Positions 62,660 through 64,000 of a stretch of DNA of 64,000 bases are shown here, piece after piece. Made by a program: the position numbers and the translations under genes. The stretch spans positions 763,693 through 827,692 of the forward strand of contig NW_027192199.1 in NCBI RefSeq assembly GCF_041956535.1. The letters run 5' to 3'. Under the pieces are notes generated by a model. It saw only the letters and a list, made by a program, of their open reading frames with translations. It was not told the origin of the DNA and ran no database searches. Every line of letters starts with the position of its first letter. Within the stretch, counting starts at the first letter, position 1. The DNA is from Calcarisporiella thermophila CBS 279.70 (taxonomy: Eukaryota > Fungi > Calcarisporiellomycota).

Positions 62660-64000
62660 GACAGACGATAGAATTTTTAACAAATAAATTTTAACTAGGA
62701 ACAACTATTGACAGTAGAATGTGCAATATATGTTTTCAACAACCAACCGGATTTATACCCTTTTCATCCCCCATAATAGTGCTTTAATCTAAATTTTACT
62801 CACTTGTGCACAGCTACTTCAAACAAACATCCAAACAAACATAAATAGGATATAGATGGGAATTAGAGCATGTTCACACCTCAATAAAGATGTTCGAGAA
62901 TATATACTGTAGGAATTAATTAAACCCGTTCCCAAATAATATTTTTAACTTTGCGATTTAATCACAATACTAATGTATCTCTGTACACCTCCCTTTAGGC
63001 CATCCAATGGTGTATACTATGGAGTCATTTGAATATAGGCCTTTAGTGAAAGAATATACTAGCATAATATGCGTAGACGAGCCTACTCCAAATTCCTCGT
63101 ATTTTCCCTACAATGAATCTCTGAAAATCTCTGTGCTGTTCAGAATATGTGGAACGCCTTCCTATTTCATTCGCCCAATTGGCGGTTATTGCGTTTGTCT
63201 GGAACTGAGAAGTTCGAAGACTTGAATTCTCAGGGTATCGTGTGATAAGAAGATTTGATAATGAGATCTGATTTATGCACCATTGAGGAGAGTCAAGCAT
63301 CTTTTAGATATTCAAAAAATCCAGTACACAGCACAGCCGAGATATGCCATTTTTCCGGTGGGAAAATTAGAGGTGGGCTGATAATAATAGACAAGAGGAT
63401 TCAGGCGAAGATGGCTTTATTAAATAGAATAAGCGCATTGTGTGAAATGTGGCCTAATTGACAAAAGACCTGAATGAACTTTTACTTAAGATAGACGCTC
63501 TTCTGCCCTCAATAGAATCCTTGATAGTCATAAGGATCTATTTTGCCAGGATAGTGCCAAGTTTTTTTTATTTTTATTTTTTCTATTTATAAATTGAGTA
63601 TTAATAGAATCAAGGAATAAAGATCCGTTTTTTGATTCTCATGTGAAAGTGAGAGTAGATAATTTTGAATAGGACATTCATCTTTTAATTTTGGGTGGCG
63701 TGAAGCATTCTTTTTTACCCCTGCAATGAGAAGTACCCGGATCCATCGGGCGCTCTGTTGCAATGAGCCCAGCAAGAATAATTTCCAAATCGAAGGGCTC
63801 AATCCAAAACAGTACTCTGCTCCCATAAAGGATCCTGGGTACTCTTGATTCAAATAAGAAACAGACGGCTGCTGCCGTTCGTTTATCGAAGGCGTGAGAA
63901 GTGGTGGAGTGTACCGGAGTGAAGGGTAACGCATGGCAGCCCTCGAATTCTATATATTGTCCTTGCACTGTATTGATCCTCTACTTCCTCTTCGTATCAC

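Noticed and set aside
62940-64000. Short ORFs or possible TE relic at the right end
   Set aside because: No motif clear enough to support a call

Overview
Eukaryotic, intron-rich fungal DNA with short (~50-100 nt) GT-AG introns. The gene set suggests an early-diverging, Mucoromycota-like fungus, but I cannot establish the taxon. About 21 protein-coding genes can be assembled from split ORFs: a DUF1746/Dsc4-like protein, a GH18 chitinase, a PRRC2/BAT2_N protein, a 55-aa membrane microprotein missed by the ORF track, an SH3BGR-domain protein, a single-pass membrane protein, HEM3, a Nup1/Nup153-like FG nucleoporin, a block of secreted-protein genes at 20-28 kb, a septin-like GTPase, AVO2, a TMEM62-like phosphoesterase, an Msb2-like sensor, TOR, a BAH/Rsc1-like protein, ERG1, a Pro-rich protein, NECAP and NBR1. 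There are also two tRNA-Ser genes, a decayed NmrA-like pseudogene and probable retroelement relics. Most notable: (i) a secreted precursor with seven dibasic-delimited Asn-rich repeats of two types, within a cluster of other secreted, Kex2-site-bearing proteins (candidate repellent or functional-amyloid surface system); (ii) retroelement-like sequence upstream of, and pointing away from, both tRNA genes; (iii) an A9 frameshift separating a secreted protein from its membrane anchor; (iv) a possible pseudogenised defensin-like gene. Exon boundaries were read by eye, and family calls rest on recalled motifs, not database searches.
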